Assembly (NCBI GenBank): GCA_963708075.1
Contig: OY970194.1
Span: 4,800,001 to 4,864,000, forward strand
Direction of reading: 5' to 3'
Length of the DNA: 64,000 nucleotides
Source of the DNA: Sedimentisphaerales bacterium
GTDB taxonomy: Bacteria; Planctomycetota; Phycisphaerae; Sedimentisphaerales; Anaerobacaceae
The position numbers were made by a program, and so were the translations under genes. Of this stretch, positions 38,982 through 50,049 are shown one piece after another (positions within the stretch are counted from its first letter, which is position 1; every line of letters starts with the position of its first letter). The notes under the pieces were generated by a model. It did no database searches. It was not told the origin of the DNA and saw only the letters and a list, made by a program, of their open reading frames with translations.

Positions 38982-41660
38982 CGCGACGTCGCCGGCGCGA
39001 ACTTCTGAATCCGGTGGTTGTGGCTGTCGCTGACATAGACGTTGTTTTCTTTGTCCACGGCGATGCCGAGCGGCACGTTGAACCGGCCCGGAGTTTCTCC
39101 GAACTCGCCCCACTTGGTCAGGAATCTGCCTTCGGCCGTGAATTTCTGAACGCGGTGGTTGTCGCTGTCGGCGATAAAGACATTGCCTTCCTTGTCAACA
39201 GCCACGGCCGCCGGGAAGTGGAACTCTCCGTCTCCGCTGCCCTCTTTGCCCCACTTGGCGAGGAATCTGCCGTCGGAGTCAAATTTCTGGATGCGGCTGT
39301 TCTGGCGGTCACAGACATAGACGTGGCCCGACCCATCCACTGTAATCCCCTCGGGGGTGTCGAACTGGCTGTCCCCCGTGCCCTTGCTGCCCCAGCTCTT
39401 GATGTATTTGCCCTGGGCGTCGAGCTTGTGAATGCAGTGGCTGGTCTGGTCGGTAATGTACATGTTGCCCGAGCTGCCCACCGTGATCATCGCCGGATAC
39501 TTGAATCTGCCTTTGGCCTCTTCAGGCACGTCCCATAGAGTGATGAATCGGCCATTCGGGTCGAATTGCTTGATCGAAGGGATGCCCCAGTCCACGTCGA
39601 CGCTGTCTACAGCATACACCTTGCCGGAGGGGTCTACTGCCACACCCCCGAGTATGCTGAAGCGGCCGTCGCGTGGAGCTTTGACTCGGAACTGCGCCAC
39701 GGGTCTTCCTTCGGACGAGAACCTTCATTACCCATAAGCCACTGTCGTGCGAGGCGTACATGTTTCCGGCGTCGTCCACGGTGATCGGACCGCCTGAGAG
39801 TTCCTCCTTTCCCTCTGCGCTCTCCACAGTCCACCTGCTCACCAATTTGCCCTCGGCGTCAAATTTCCTGATCGAACCGCCGGCACTGACAGAGGAGACA
39901 CACGGGTCCGCAGGACCTGTGACATAGACACAGCCACCCCTGTCGACGCACACGGCCCAGATCCTCCCAAGCCCGGCCTTGGAGAATTCCTCCTGGCCGT
40001 AAGCGCTGATCAGGTCACCCTGGGCGTTGTATTTCTCGATTCGACTCTCAAACGGATAGTAGCTGTTCCCGGAAGGATCGATGGCCACTGCCCCCCTGGT
40101 GATGGTCGGACGCGGGCACATGATCTTCTTCACCCACGCCGTCAGGAACTTGCCGCTCGCATCGAATTTCTGCATGCGATGCGTCCCGCCGTCGAGTTGG
40201 TCCCCAACCCACACATTGCCGGAACCATCTGCTGCTATGAAGAACGGGCCACTGAACTGGCCATCTCCTGTCCCTTCCGTTCCCCATTTCGCCAGGAGTT
40301 TCCCGTCGCCGGTGAACTTCTGCACGCGGGAATTGCCACTGTCCGCCGCATAGACATTGCCCGAGGGATCGACCGCGATAGCCGAGACAAACTGAAACTG
40401 ACCGTCGCCACTGCCGCTGCCTCCCCATCGGCCGATGAGTTTTCCATCGCGATTGTACTTTTGCACCTCGTCCGCATCCGCACAGTAGAGGTTCCCGGAT
40501 GTATCTGTCGTCAAACCCCTGACTTCCGCCCAAGTCTCCCCTCCCCATTGGGAGACAAATCGGCCTTCGGAAGTGAATCTCAGGATGCGGCCATTCCAGA
40601 CATCCGCGACAACGAGCCGGCCTGCGGGATCGATCGCAATGCTGCCCGGCACTGCGGACAGGCCGTCTCCGGTACCCGCGCATCCCCATTGCGATATCAC
40701 GTTTCCATTCGGATCGAGTTTAGTCACCGCGTGTGAGTTCTCATGGGTCACATAGAGGTTGGAGTGAGAGTCCACGGCAAGGCGACGCGCCATTTGACCC
40801 TTTGTCTTCCATCGAGCACGGAATTCCCCTGTCGGCGTGAACTTCTGAACGGAATTGACATCTAGGACATAGAGATCTCCCGTTCTGTCTATGGCTATAC
40901 TGCGAGCACCGCCGCGGAAGCGCCCGTCGCCCTCGCCCAGGACTGCCCATGAGGTTCCCCATTTTGTGAGAAACTTCCCGGAAGAGTCGAACTTCTGAAC
41001 GCGGCCGTTAGCTATCTCAGTGATATAGACGTTGCCTTCCGCATCAACTGCGAGCGCGTTGGGTTTCTGCAACTGCCCGTCGCCGCTTCCGGCCTCGGCA
41101 CCCCATTGCGAAATGAACTCTCCGCTCGGCGAGTATTTCTCGATCCGGACAGTGTAGGTCCGGTTGGTGTCCGGTCTGTAATCGACCGCAAGCACAAGGA
41201 TGTTCCCCTCGTTGTCTGTAGCCAGATCGATAGGCAACTTGACTGTGTCTGCGTCCGGTGTCTTCCTCTCCAGTTTCCCAACGAACTGCCCATAGGGAGT
41301 GAACTTCTGGATCCGATTGTATTGCCCCTTGGGAGAATCCGTGTCGAAGACATAGACGATCCCCGAGCCGTCCACCTTGACACTGGCTATCGTATTGAAT
41401 TGCCCGTCTCCCTGGCCGGGGCTTCCCCATTGGGTGATGAGCCTGCCTTCGGCGTCGAATTTCTTGACGTGGTAATTGCCGCTGTCGCCCACATAGACGT
41501 TCCCTGCCTTGTCCACGGCGACGCCACTGGGTTTGAAGAAGTGCCATCCTTGCGGCGCCTCCGGCCAGACTTTGACGAGGCGGTACCCTTCTTCCGCCTG
41601 GAGGATGCCTGAAAACATTCCGAGCGCGACTGTCACAATGAGTAGTCTTATCGTACGCAT
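38978..41660 (-). pseudogene. Large secreted NHL-repeat beta-propeller protein, single-base frameshift at ~39722
   Basis: GSGDGQF..P..IAVD..GNVYV.D..N.RVQKF repeats in both ORFs; removing one G from ATG AAG G TTC TCG restores WVMKFSSEGRPVAQFRV. Confidence 0.8.
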
Positions 41661-41698
41661 CTTTCTATCTCCTGTTTGCTCTTCAAGTCCATGGGTAT

Positions 41699-42274
41699 TC
41701 AGAGGTTGCTTTGTCTCTCAGGGCGTTCATATGCGTGAACCGGAACGGAGGCCCGCTGCGACGGAGAGACACGATTGACGCGCCCTTCCAACTCGGCCAT
41801 GCGGAAGTAGAGCGCGGAAATGGCCTTCTGTTGCCGCTCCTGGGATTCGGCCAGCTCTGCCTGCTCGTGGATGGCCGTCACCTGCTGTTCGGCGGCCCCG
41901 AGCCTGAGCCGCAGGTCCTTTGCCGTCCTGCCTAAGACGAAACACGTTATCAGTAACGAGCCGATCACCAGGACAGCGGCCCAGCGCCCCAGCCTGCCCA
42001 ATCGGAGAAATCCTGACTTGTCCTTCGCGCATGACACTGTGGGGGTATCTTGGTCGGCTTTGATGCTGTCGAGTACCTTCTGTCTTGCAGCAGGCGGCAG
42101 GCTCGGCATAGACGCAGACGCCAAAGTCCGCCGGATGCCGACCAGCTCCAGACAGAACGCTCGGCACTCCGGGCAGTCCTGAAGATGACCCGCCGCAAGC
42201 CGAAGGTCCTCGTCCTTAGCCTCGTTGTCAAAGAGGGCCACAATGCCCGCCTGATATTTGTCACACGATGTCAT
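41699..42274 (-). CDS. Zinc-finger (zf-HC2/ZAS) anti-sigma factor with TM helix and coiled coil
   Basis: C...HLQDCPEC; WAAVLVIGSLLITCFVL. Confidence 0.85.
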   Translation of the reverse strand: MTSCDKYQAGIVALFDNEAKDEDLRLAAGHLQDCPECRAFCLELVGIRRTLASASMPSLPPAARQKVLDSIKADQDTPTVSCAKDKSGFLRLGRLGRWAAVLVIGSLLITCFVLGRTAKDLRLRLGAAEQQVTAIHEQAELAESQERQQKAISALYFRMAELEGRVNRVSPSQRASVPVHAYERPERQSNL

Positions 42275-42309
42275 GGTTTCACCTCGCGCTTGTTCCTGTG
42301 CTCGTGTCT

Positions 42310-42933
42310 CTACCGTTCTCCATCACCGAGAAGCTCGTCCCTCAAGGGTTGCAGCAACTCGCGGAGCCTCCGGACGGCCTCAACTTTCCGCGAGCTGACC
42401 GTCCCCACGGGACAATCGAGCACCTCGGCGGCCTGTTTGTACGACATTCCCTCTTGTTCGGTCAGCACGTAGACCAGCCGCTGCGTCTCGGGGAGCCGGG
42501 CCACCGCCTCAGCCACCGCGGCCTGAAGCTCGCCGGCGAGCATCGGGCCGTGAGCGGTGTCCACAGCAGCCGGCTCATCGGCCGCCCCGGCCGGATTCTC
42601 CGCGGACGGTTGCTGCGAATCTATCCGGCGGTGCTGTTTCTGCCGCTCGTGGAGAAAATGATTCTTGGCGATCTGAAACAGGTACGTGGAGAACTTGCCG
42701 GTAGGCTCGTAACGTACGCGAGCCTTCCACAGCCTCAGAAAGGTCTCCTGGGTCCCGTCTTCCGCCTCCTGCCGGTTTGCGCAGAGCCGCCAGAGGAAGG
42801 CGAAGACCCGCTGTTCATAACGCCGGAACAACTCCTCAAAGGCAGAGATGTCCCGCTTCTGCACCAGACTCATCAGTTCCTCGTCTGTGCAGGTTCCCGT
42901 GGAGCAACCGGTTCTTACATTTCGCAGGGCCAT
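42310..42933 (-). CDS. ECF sigma factor
   Basis: AEDGTQETFLRLW, FSTYLFQIAKN, SYKQAAEVLDCPVGTVSSR. Confidence 0.9.
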   Translation of the reverse strand: MALRNVRTGCSTGTCTDEELMSLVQKRDISAFEELFRRYEQRVFAFLWRLCANRQEAEDGTQETFLRLWKARVRYEPTGKFSTYLFQIAKNHFLHERQKQHRRIDSQQPSAENPAGAADEPAAVDTAHGPMLAGELQAAVAEAVARLPETQRLVYVLTEQEGMSYKQAAEVLDCPVGTVSSRKVEAVRRLRELLQPLRDELLGDGER

Positions 42934-43044
42934 CTACAAAGGTATAACCCTGCCGGACGTGGAAAACTCACCGATTTTGGGAATTTCGTGATATGGGCGG
43001 CCCGCGATGAGGATGCCAGGTCTCCAACATGCGGCCAGAGATGG

Positions 43045-43275
43045 TCAACGAGATCGGCGAAGCTTCGCAAACCAGCGTTGCTGCTCGACGAGGCCGGACG
43101 TGGCGGGTGCGCGCCAGTGCCGCCTCGCCGATTCGAAGGCGTCGGAGAGCTGTTCGATGGCCGCCGCGGTGTCGGTGTTGCGGATCGCTTCATTGCGCAG
43201 GCGTTCGAGCACGGGTTGTGTCGCTTCCCAGTTGCGGATCCACTGGCGGACACGTTCTCTCTCTCGTTCGTCCAT
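43045..43275 (-). CDS. Small helical hypothetical protein (resembles partners of nucleotidyltransferase toxin modules)
   Basis: W..W....P.LE.LR and SGLVEQQRWFAKL motifs; family recalled, not searched. Confidence 0.55.
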   Translation of the reverse strand: MDERERERVRQWIRNWEATQPVLERLRNEAIRNTDTAAAIEQLSDAFESARRHWRAPATSGLVEQQRWFAKLRRSR

Positions 43276-43492
43276 AGCCGTATTCTACGGCAAGCATCCT
43301 TTTAGGGGTAGCGCAATGCGCGTTGAGCGCGGGTGCGCAACAGAATTGTGCCAAGGCAAACCTGTTGCTACGGGTGGCAGCGTCAAGCGCAGCTTGGCGA
43401 TGGTCTTGTCAGGATGCGGTGCAGCCATCGCCAAGGCCTTCGGCCTTGACGCTGCCACCCACATAACTGGCTGCGTTGTCGCGGGGACAACG

Positions 43493-44428
43493 TCAGCCGA
43501 CGAGGCCGGGCAGGAGCAGGCCGGCGGCCAGGGCCAGGCTGCCGACGTTGTGCAGGAGGATCGTGAGCTGGTTGGCACGATAGAGGCCGGGCTTGGCCAG
43601 GTCCTGCTGGTTGGCCGAGCGCATGGCGAAGATGGCCAGGGGCAGCGTCAGGAGGTAGAACATGCCGCCGAAGAACGTTGCAGAGTGGGCGAGCATCAAC
43701 ATGGCGATGATGTAGCTGGCCGCCAGTGTCGCGCGGTAGACCGCGATACTGATCGGCACATCGAAGACGACGATCATCGTCCTCTTGTTCACCTGCCGGT
43801 CCGCCGGCAGGTCGGGGAACTCGTTGATGAGAATCACCAGGAAGATCAGGATGGCGACAATCAGCGCCGGCAGCAGCGGCAGGATATCAATCGACCGGGC
43901 CTGAAGGTAGTACGACCCGAAGACGGGAAGGATGCCGAAGAGAAAGCCGATCACGACCTCGCCGATGCCGCGATAGCCCAACTGGATCGGTGCGGCGGTA
44001 TAGAAGAATGCGCCGAGCACGCCGGCCAGGCCGATGCCGAGGACGAACGCGCTTCGCGTCAGGAGCACGATGATCAGGCCGATCACCGAGCCGATGGCCA
44101 GGTAGGCCAGACCCGCCAGCAGCGTAGCCTTGGGCGAGAGCCGGCCGTTCTGAATGAAGCGGCTGCCGCCGGAGAAAGGCGTCGGGTTCTTGTTGACCCA
44201 GTCGTTCTGCGACACGTGGTCGAAGTAGTCGTTGACGACATTCGCCCCCGCGTGCAGGGCCATGATGGCCAGGGTCGCCAGCACGAACAGACCTATGCTG
44301 AAGCTGCCGGTCGTCGCATACCCGAGCGCCGAGCCGACCAGGACCGGGGCCACGCTCGCTCCCAGGTACTGCGGCCGAGCCGCCAAGAGCAACGTGCCAA
44401 GCCCGGCCGGCAAAGCCTGAATTCTCAT
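43493..44428 (-). CDS. menA: UbiA-family prenyltransferase, MenA-like
   Basis: ARP..L, NVVNDYFD, YTA.P..LGY.G.GE, NEFPD...D....KRT; multi-TM. Confidence 0.78.
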   Translation of the reverse strand: MRIQALPAGLGTLLLAARPQYLGASVAPVLVGSALGYATTGSFSIGLFVLATLAIMALHAGANVVNDYFDHVSQNDWVNKNPTPFSGGSRFIQNGRLSPKATLLAGLAYLAIGSVIGLIIVLLTRSAFVLGIGLAGVLGAFFYTAAPIQLGYRGIGEVVIGFLFGILPVFGSYYLQARSIDILPLLPALIVAILIFLVILINEFPDLPADRQVNKRTMIVVFDVPISIAVYRATLAASYIIAMLMLAHSATFFGGMFYLLTLPLAIFAMRSANQQDLAKPGLYRANQLTILLHNVGSLALAAGLLLPGLVG

Positions 44429-44646
44429 GCTCGTCCTTCCAAACCGAACCGCCTCCCCCGTGCAAGAAGGATTCTACCCGCCCTCACCCCCCTGTCAAGC
44501 GAGCCGCGAGAGGCAGGCCTGTACTGCCAGCGTGGCAGGGCACGAGGGGCTGCCTGCAATTTTGCCAGACGCTGACACAGGGGTGCCTCGGATGTAAGTA
44601 TTTGCAATTCAAGCAGTTACGAACCGTTCGGCAAAAGCCTCCCTGT

Positions 44647-44662
44647 TGGCACGGCATTTGCA
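44647..44662 (+). promoter_or_regulatory. sigma54 (-24/-12) promoter
   Basis: TGGCACGGCATTTGCA = TGGCACG-N4-TTGCA with GG-N10-GC spacing, 25 bp before ATG 44687. Confidence 0.7.
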
Positions 44663-44686
44663 CGGGAAGAGTGGGATGGTATTGTT

Positions 44687-45103
44687 ATGGTTGCACAGTG
44701 GACAAAACTGGATGACGTGAACGTGCTGGCCAGTGCGGCGGACTGGGCTTGGCCGCAGGCGCTGCGCGACATTTTTCAGCCGCGAGGCGTCAATCTGCTC
44801 GTAGCGCAGGACGCCGGCGAGTTCGTCCACATCATCGCCAACCGGCGGATTCACACGACGATCGTGGACATGGAGTCCGGCCGGTCCGGCGGGCTGACGA
44901 CGATCAAGCTCATCCGCATGGATTATCCGCTCGTGCCCTGCATCCTGCTGACCAGCAAGGTGGATGCGGATGTCCTGGGCAAGGCGCTGCAACTCGATGT
45001 CTTCGGCGTCGTCGGCAAGCCGGTGAACCTGGACATCCTGCAGGAGTTATTGCACCGGCTGTTTCTCAAGAGGTACAACAGCGACCTGTTCGCACTGCGA
45101 TGA
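44687..45103 (+). CDS. Single-domain response regulator (receiver)
   Basis: IVDM (phospho-Asp), LLTS, KP; N-terminal acidic pair degenerate. Confidence 0.8.
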   Translation: MVAQWTKLDDVNVLASAADWAWPQALRDIFQPRGVNLLVAQDAGEFVHIIANRRIHTTIVDMESGRSGGLTTIKLIRMDYPLVPCILLTSKVDADVLGKALQLDVFGVVGKPVNLDILQELLHRLFLKRYNSDLFALR

Positions 45104-45214
45104 GCGTTCGATCCGCCGGTCAGAGGCAACACGCGGCGAGGCGGTGATTACGATTAGAAACGAAAGAGTACGGTACTCAAACTCATGGATCTTAACGGAA
45201 AGGAGCAAAGACCA

Positions 45215-45505
45215 ATGAAGATTCGACCATTGTCGGATAAAGTCCTGGTGGAGCGCGTCGAGGCGGAGGCGAAGACGGCCGGCGGGATCGTCCTGCCCGA
45301 TACAGCCAAGGAGAAACCCCAAAAGGGCAAGATCGTCGCCGTCGGCGAAGGCAAGCTGCTCGAGGACGGCACCCGCAAAGCCGTCCAGGTCAAGAAGGGC
45401 GATCTCGTGCTCTTCACAAGCTACGCCGGCACGGAAATCAAGGTGGACGGCAAAGAGTACCTGATCATGGACGAGACAGATATCATGGCGGTGATCGAGA
45501 AGTGA
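45215..45505 (+). CDS. groES: Co-chaperonin GroES
   Basis: [35 protein letters not shown]. Confidence 0.97.
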   Translation: MKIRPLSDKVLVERVEAEAKTAGGIVLPDTAKEKPQKGKIVAVGEGKLLEDGTRKAVQVKKGDLVLFTSYAGTEIKVDGKEYLIMDETDIMAVIEK

Positions 45506-45617
45506 GCGGGAAGTTTGAAGTGTGATGTTTGATGGCTGATTTCTTAAATCACAAATCAAAAATCACAAATCAACAATGCTCCCAGACTTCAAACTAGAAA
45601 GAAGGAGTTGAAAGAAC

Positions 45618-47243
45618 ATGGCAGCTAAGAAAATAGCTTTTGGAACTGAGGCACGCAGGGCCATTCGCGACGGCGTCAGGAAACTGGCGGCCGCCGTGAA
45701 AGTCACGCTGGGGCCCGCCGGTCGAGTGGTGATTCTCGAGAAGTCGTACGGGGCGCCGACCGTGACCAAGGACGGCGTGACTGTGGCCAAGGAAATCGAG
45801 CTCGAAGACGCCTATGAAAACATGGGCGCCCAGATGGTCAAGGAAGTGGCGTCGAAGACCTCCACGGTCGCCGGCGACGGGACCACCACCGCAACCATCC
45901 TGGCCGAAGCCATCTTTGAGGAGGGGCTCAAGAACATTACCGCCGGCGCGAACGCGACGCAGGTCAAGCGGGGCATCGACCTGGCCGTGGAAGCCATCGT
46001 CGAGGGACTTCGCAACATGAGCATCACCGTCGAGTCCGGCAAGCAGATCGAGCAGGTGGCCACGTGCTCGGCCAACCAGGACGTCGAGATCGGCAAGAAA
46101 CTCGCCGAGGCGATGAACCGGGTCGGAAAAGACGGCGTGATCACGGTCGAGGAGGGACAATCCCTGGAAACCACGGTCGATCTGCTCGAAGGCATGCAGT
46201 TCGACAAGGGGTATCTGAGCCCGCACTTCGTCAACAATCTCGAGAACATGTCCGTCGTTCTCGACAAGCCCTACATCCTGATCCATGAGAAGAAGATCAG
46301 CTCCGTCAAATCGCTGGTCCCGCTGCTCGAGAAGGTGGCGAAACAGGGCAAGCCCCTGCTGATCATCGCCGAGGACGTCGAGGGCGAGGCGCTGGCGACG
46401 CTGGTGGTGAACAAGCTTCGCGGCGTGCTCCAGGTCGCGGCGGTCAAGGCCCCCGGCTTCGGCGACCGGCGCAAGGCCCTGCTCAGCGATATCGCCGTGC
46501 TGACCGGCGGCGAGCCGATTTTCGAGGACCTCGGCCTGCAACTGGAGAACATCGAGCTGCGTCAGCTCGGCCGGGCCAAGCAGATCACCATCGACAAGGA
46601 CACCACCACGATCATCGAGGGCGGTGGAAGCACCGAGGCGATCAAGGGCCGCATCGAGCAGATCAAGGCTGAGATCGACAAATCGACCAGCGATTACGAT
46701 ATCGAGAAGCTCCAGGAGCGGCTGGCCAAGCTCGCCGGCGGTGTCGCCCAGATCAACGTTGGGGCCGCCACCGAGGCGGAAATGAAGGAGAAGAAGGCCC
46801 GCGTGGAAGACGCGCTGCATGCCTGCCGGGCCGCAGTCGAGGAAGGCATCCTGCCCGGCGGCGGCGTAGCAATGCTCCGGACCATATCCGTACTGGATAA
46901 GATCAAGGGCAAGGGCGATGAGCAGATCGGCGTCGATATCATTCGCAGGGCTATTTTCGCCCCGATCAAGCAGATCGCCCAGAACGCCGGGCTCGACGGC
47001 TCCATCGTCGCCCAGAAGGTGATCGAGAGCGACGCGAAGAATTTCGGCTACGATGTGCTTCGCCGCGAGTACGGCGACATGATCAAGTTCGGCGTGATCG
47101 TCCCGACCAAGGTCGAGCGGACCGCCCTGCAGAACGGGGCCTCCATCGCCTCGCTCCTGCTGACCACCGACGCCATCGTCAGCGAGATCCCCGAAAAGAA
47201 GGAAAAGGCCCCCGCCATGCCTCCCGGCGGCGGAATGTATTAA
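45618..47243 (+). CDS. groEL: Chaperonin GroEL
   Basis: [32 protein letters not shown] tail. Confidence 0.98.
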   Translation: MAAKKIAFGTEARRAIRDGVRKLAAAVKVTLGPAGRVVILEKSYGAPTVTKDGVTVAKEIELEDAYENMGAQMVKEVASKTSTVAGDGTTTATILAEAIFEEGLKNITAGANATQVKRGIDLAVEAIVEGLRNMSITVESGKQIEQVATCSANQDVEIGKKLAEAMNRVGKDGVITVEEGQSLETTVDLLEGMQFDKGYLSPHFVNNLENMSVVLDKPYILIHEKKISSVKSLVPLLEKVAKQGKPLLIIAEDVEGEALATLVVNKLRGVLQVAAVKAPGFGDRRKALLSDIAVLTGGEPIFEDLGLQLENIELRQLGRAKQITIDKDTTTIIEGGGSTEAIKGRIEQIKAEIDKSTSDYDIEKLQERLAKLAGGVAQINVGAATEAEMKEKKARVEDALHACRAAVEEGILPGGGVAMLRTISVLDKIKGKGDEQIGVDIIRRAIFAPIKQIAQNAGLDGSIVAQKVIESDAKNFGYDVLRREYGDMIKFGVIVPTKVERTALQNGASIASLLLTTDAIVSEIPEKKEKAPAMPPGGGMY

Positions 47244-47315
47244 GACAGTGAGAAGTCTGAAGTGTGAAGTTTGAAGGAACTACGAAAGCCCTTCAACTGA
47301 CCACTGACGTAGATC

Positions 47316-47351
47316 AGCAGGCGGGTCCCCGAACGGGACCCGCTTGTTTTT
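47316..47351 (+). terminator. Intrinsic terminator after groEL
   Basis: GCAGGCGGGTCCC-loop-GGGACCCGCTTGT followed by a T run. Confidence 0.8.
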
Positions 47352-47453
47352 CGTAGTATGGTTTTGTAGAGTGCGCTTGAATCTTGGTTGGGTGGCAGCG
47401 TCAAGCGCAGCTTGGCGATGGCTTGATTGTGAGCACAACTGGGAGCTCGGCAA

Positions 47454-47744
47454 ATGCCTTTTCGATTCTATTCGAATATGTTATCTCAAGCCTCGCGGAC
47501 GCTGGCGGCGAGCATTCTGATGGTCGGCCTGCTGCTGATCGGCTTCGGCATGCTGATCATGGCCCTGCCGGAGCTCTTCGCCTTTTTAGCCGCGGCTGTC
47601 TTCTTCCTCGCCGGCGTCGCCTGCGCGATCACCGCCCTCAAAATCTTCTGGGCCCAGCGCCGCTTCAACAAACGAATCTCCCACGAGCCCGACGCCTACC
47701 GCGAAAACGTAGTCATCCACCGGGACGACTTTCGCAACCTGTGA
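47454..47744 (+). CDS. Small two-TM membrane protein
   Basis: Two hydrophobic helices, host-like codon usage. Confidence 0.65.
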   Translation: MPFRFYSNMLSQASRTLAASILMVGLLLIGFGMLIMALPELFAFLAAAVFFLAGVACAITALKIFWAQRRFNKRISHEPDAYRENVVIHRDDFRNL

Positions 47745-47799
47745 TCCACCGCCTCGCCCCGCCGCCTTAACGGGCGACCATCACCAACAACAATACATA

Positions 47800-48063
47800 A
47801 TTCCTAATTGCAGACCTGACCCTCAGACTCCACGCGTATTCCCCACCCTCTACTTCATCAAAGGGGCCCTGGCGCTGGACGCCCTGCGGACACAGCTCGG
47901 CGACGAGCAGTCCTTCGCCGGTTTCAGGAAGGTCTTCGCCGTAGGCACCACCGAGCCGGTCACGCTCGACTACTTCCGCCAATGCTTCGAATCCATCCAC
48001 GGCGCCTCCCTGGCCGATTTCTTCCACCGCTGGTACAACGCCCCCGGCCTGCCCAACAACTGA
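47800..48063 (+). pseudogene. C-terminal remnant of an M1 aminopeptidase (no start; not in ORF track)
   Basis: LYFIKGALALDALRTQLGDEQSF...FRQCFESIHGASLADFFHRWYNAPGLP* matches the M1 tail pattern Y.KGA..L..LR..LGD...L..FF..W...PG.P. Confidence 0.7.
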
Positions 48064-48115
48064 CCGTGATGCACTTGACATGTCGATGCGTCCTTCCATA
48101 CTACTACCCGCATTC

Positions 48116-48526
48116 TTATCCGTTTGTGGGTTTCTTCCAGAGCTTCACCAACTCTATGATACCACCATGTATGAGCACCAACGGAATCCAAATCCATGCG
48201 AAAGGGCGTGAGAGCCACCATGTCCATTTCCGCACAATGAGAATCATGGTCGAATCCTTACAGGCATCGCACCTCTCGACTATGACCATGCGCTGCACAG
48301 TGTACGCTCCACTTTCCCGATAGCACTCAGCAACCTCGTAAGGTCTACTGAGCCCACATCCAGGGCACCTCCAAAAGAACCGGTGCAGGTGGGCACAGAA
48401 ATGGCACCACCCAAGAAGGCCGAGGAGGATAACGATCAGTACCACAATCAATAGGATATCAGACAGGTGCGGAATGACAGCACTCTGATTGAGTAGTATC
48501 ACCGCTGTCTTCACATAAACACACAT
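48116..48526 (-). CDS. Hypothetical membrane protein with CxxC pairs (AT-richer patch)
   Basis: TM, CPGC...CDAC, TM. Confidence 0.45.
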   Translation of the reverse strand: MCVYVKTAVILLNQSAVIPHLSDILLIVVLIVILLGLLGWCHFCAHLHRFFWRCPGCGLSRPYEVAECYRESGAYTVQRMVIVERCDACKDSTMILIVRKWTWWLSRPFAWIWIPLVLIHGGIIELVKLWKKPTNG

Positions 48527-48532
48527 ATCGGC

Positions 48533-49246
48533 TCACTGCTCCCAAATGAGCAGTGTGATTATCGGCAGCCCGATGGAATCGGTCGGCAATTCCATCGCAA
48601 GAACTGCTATGATATCGTTACGTACCCAGGTCACTCTATCACTCGATCTGGACTCCGGGTCTCCCCACGTCTTGCTTGAGGCACCTGCAATGCTCTCAAA
48701 CCTGCGGTTCGCCTCTTCCACAGTCTCGTAGAATCCTCCAAAGACATCCTTTGTCTGTATTAACCTGCCGTCTTTGAAGAACAGGGCTACTTCCGACTGG
48801 CCCTCCTCTCCGGCTACATCCCTGTCAACATAGTACCGATAATAGGTTTTTGTCGGTACTCTCTCAAACAATGGAGGGCCCTCTTTTGTCCTCTGGATAT
48901 TTGGTATCTTGTTCAGATACCCCGCTACGTCGGCAAGACTACACCCCATCGGAATCCCATCATACGAGATTTCCAGGTCTTGACCGTAATCATCCCGTCC
49001 GAGACGAGCAGACTGACCACTCACAACTTCAGATGCTGGGTCACGCCTGGACTCTGGCGATTGTGAAAGGTTAGGCATTGCTTCCCCCAAGTGCGCTTCA
49101 GGCCCAGTCGCCGTTGTAAGCATGGGAAGCTGCGGCTCTGCTGTTTGGGCTGACTGACTCTCTGTTGTATCTTGTTCGCGACAACCACTGAGCCCAATCA
49201 AGATAGTACAAAAGCAAAGCGGAACAAGGCACTTACCCATTTCCAT
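48533..49246 (-). CDS. Hypothetical lipoprotein (AT-richer patch)
   Basis: Lipobox LSGC; GGGAG RBS. Confidence 0.6.
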   Translation of the reverse strand: MEMGKCLVPLCFCTILIGLSGCREQDTTESQSAQTAEPQLPMLTTATGPEAHLGEAMPNLSQSPESRRDPASEVVSGQSARLGRDDYGQDLEISYDGIPMGCSLADVAGYLNKIPNIQRTKEGPPLFERVPTKTYYRYYVDRDVAGEEGQSEVALFFKDGRLIQTKDVFGGFYETVEEANRRFESIAGASSKTWGDPESRSSDRVTWVRNDIIAVLAMELPTDSIGLPIITLLIWEQ

Positions 49247-49518
49247 TGTCTCCCAGAAAACCGATGATGTCAGGAACTACTGATGTCAGGTATATTCCTC
49301 GAAACCATCTCTTGGTCACCAAAGCCGCCAGAGTTGACCCCCGAGATTATGCACCCAAGCAAACGCTGGTGCAAGATAGAAACCGGAAGGGCGAAGGACA
49401 TTCTGCCCTTCAACGATGCACAGACAGAGACGCGTCGTAGGATTCTGGGGGGAATGCCTCGCCTACTATCTCGCGAGTAGAATTGGGTACGGTCTGGCCG
49501 GATTCAACTGCCCGCGGT

Positions 49519-49995
49519 CTACGGTTCCTTCACGATTCCGCGGTCATCGAGGAATTCGACGGGGTCTTTGGTCTTGCCGTGCTCCCACATGAGAGAATAG
49601 AACCAGATGCCGCTCTCGCCGATCCAGAAATCGGCGGGCGTGAATCGCATCTTCGAGCCGGGAGGTTTCTTGCGGCTCTGGGGCGTGTACTCTGCCTGCC
49701 AGCCGAATATCTCGCCCTGCCAATGCCTGCCGACAGTATGGAGATGGTTGGCGAAGGCTTTGACTTCACTCAGGTCCGGGATGACCACGGGCAGAACCGA
49801 CGAAGAGTCAGTTCCTCGCGGGATTCTTGCTTTAACCGTTAGCACGCTTACTTTGCTCCATACCCCTTGACGCGCAAGATGACAGGCATACGACTCCTTC
49901 CCAGCAACCGATTCTCCTTTGCCTGCTGCTAGAATCATAGCACGCCACGCCAATTGACGCAAGGAAATCAACGAGACTAGAAGATGGCCGGCCAC
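49519..49995 (-). CDS. Small Trp-rich hypothetical protein (true start probably downstream)
   Basis: Protein-like C-terminal half WQGEIFGWQAEY...FTPADFWIGESGIWFYSLMWE. Confidence 0.5.
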   Translation of the reverse strand: MAGHLLVSLISLRQLAWRAMILAAGKGESVAGKESYACHLARQGVWSKVSVLTVKARIPRGTDSSSVLPVVIPDLSEVKAFANHLHTVGRHWQGEIFGWQAEYTPQSRKKPPGSKMRFTPADFWIGESGIWFYSLMWEHGKTKDPVEFLDDRGIVKEP

Positions 49996-50049
49996 AGACC
50001 ACCCCGCGGCTGGATTCCCGCCTTCGCGGGAACGACATGCGCGGGTAGG

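Noticed and set aside
43336..43353. Minus-strand TGGCAC...TTGC as a sigma54 promoter
   Set aside because: GG-to-GC spacing is longer than the required 10 nt
45104..45214. CIRCE operator before groES
   Set aside because: Only a short GAGTAC-G-GTACTC palindrome; no match to the CIRCE consensus
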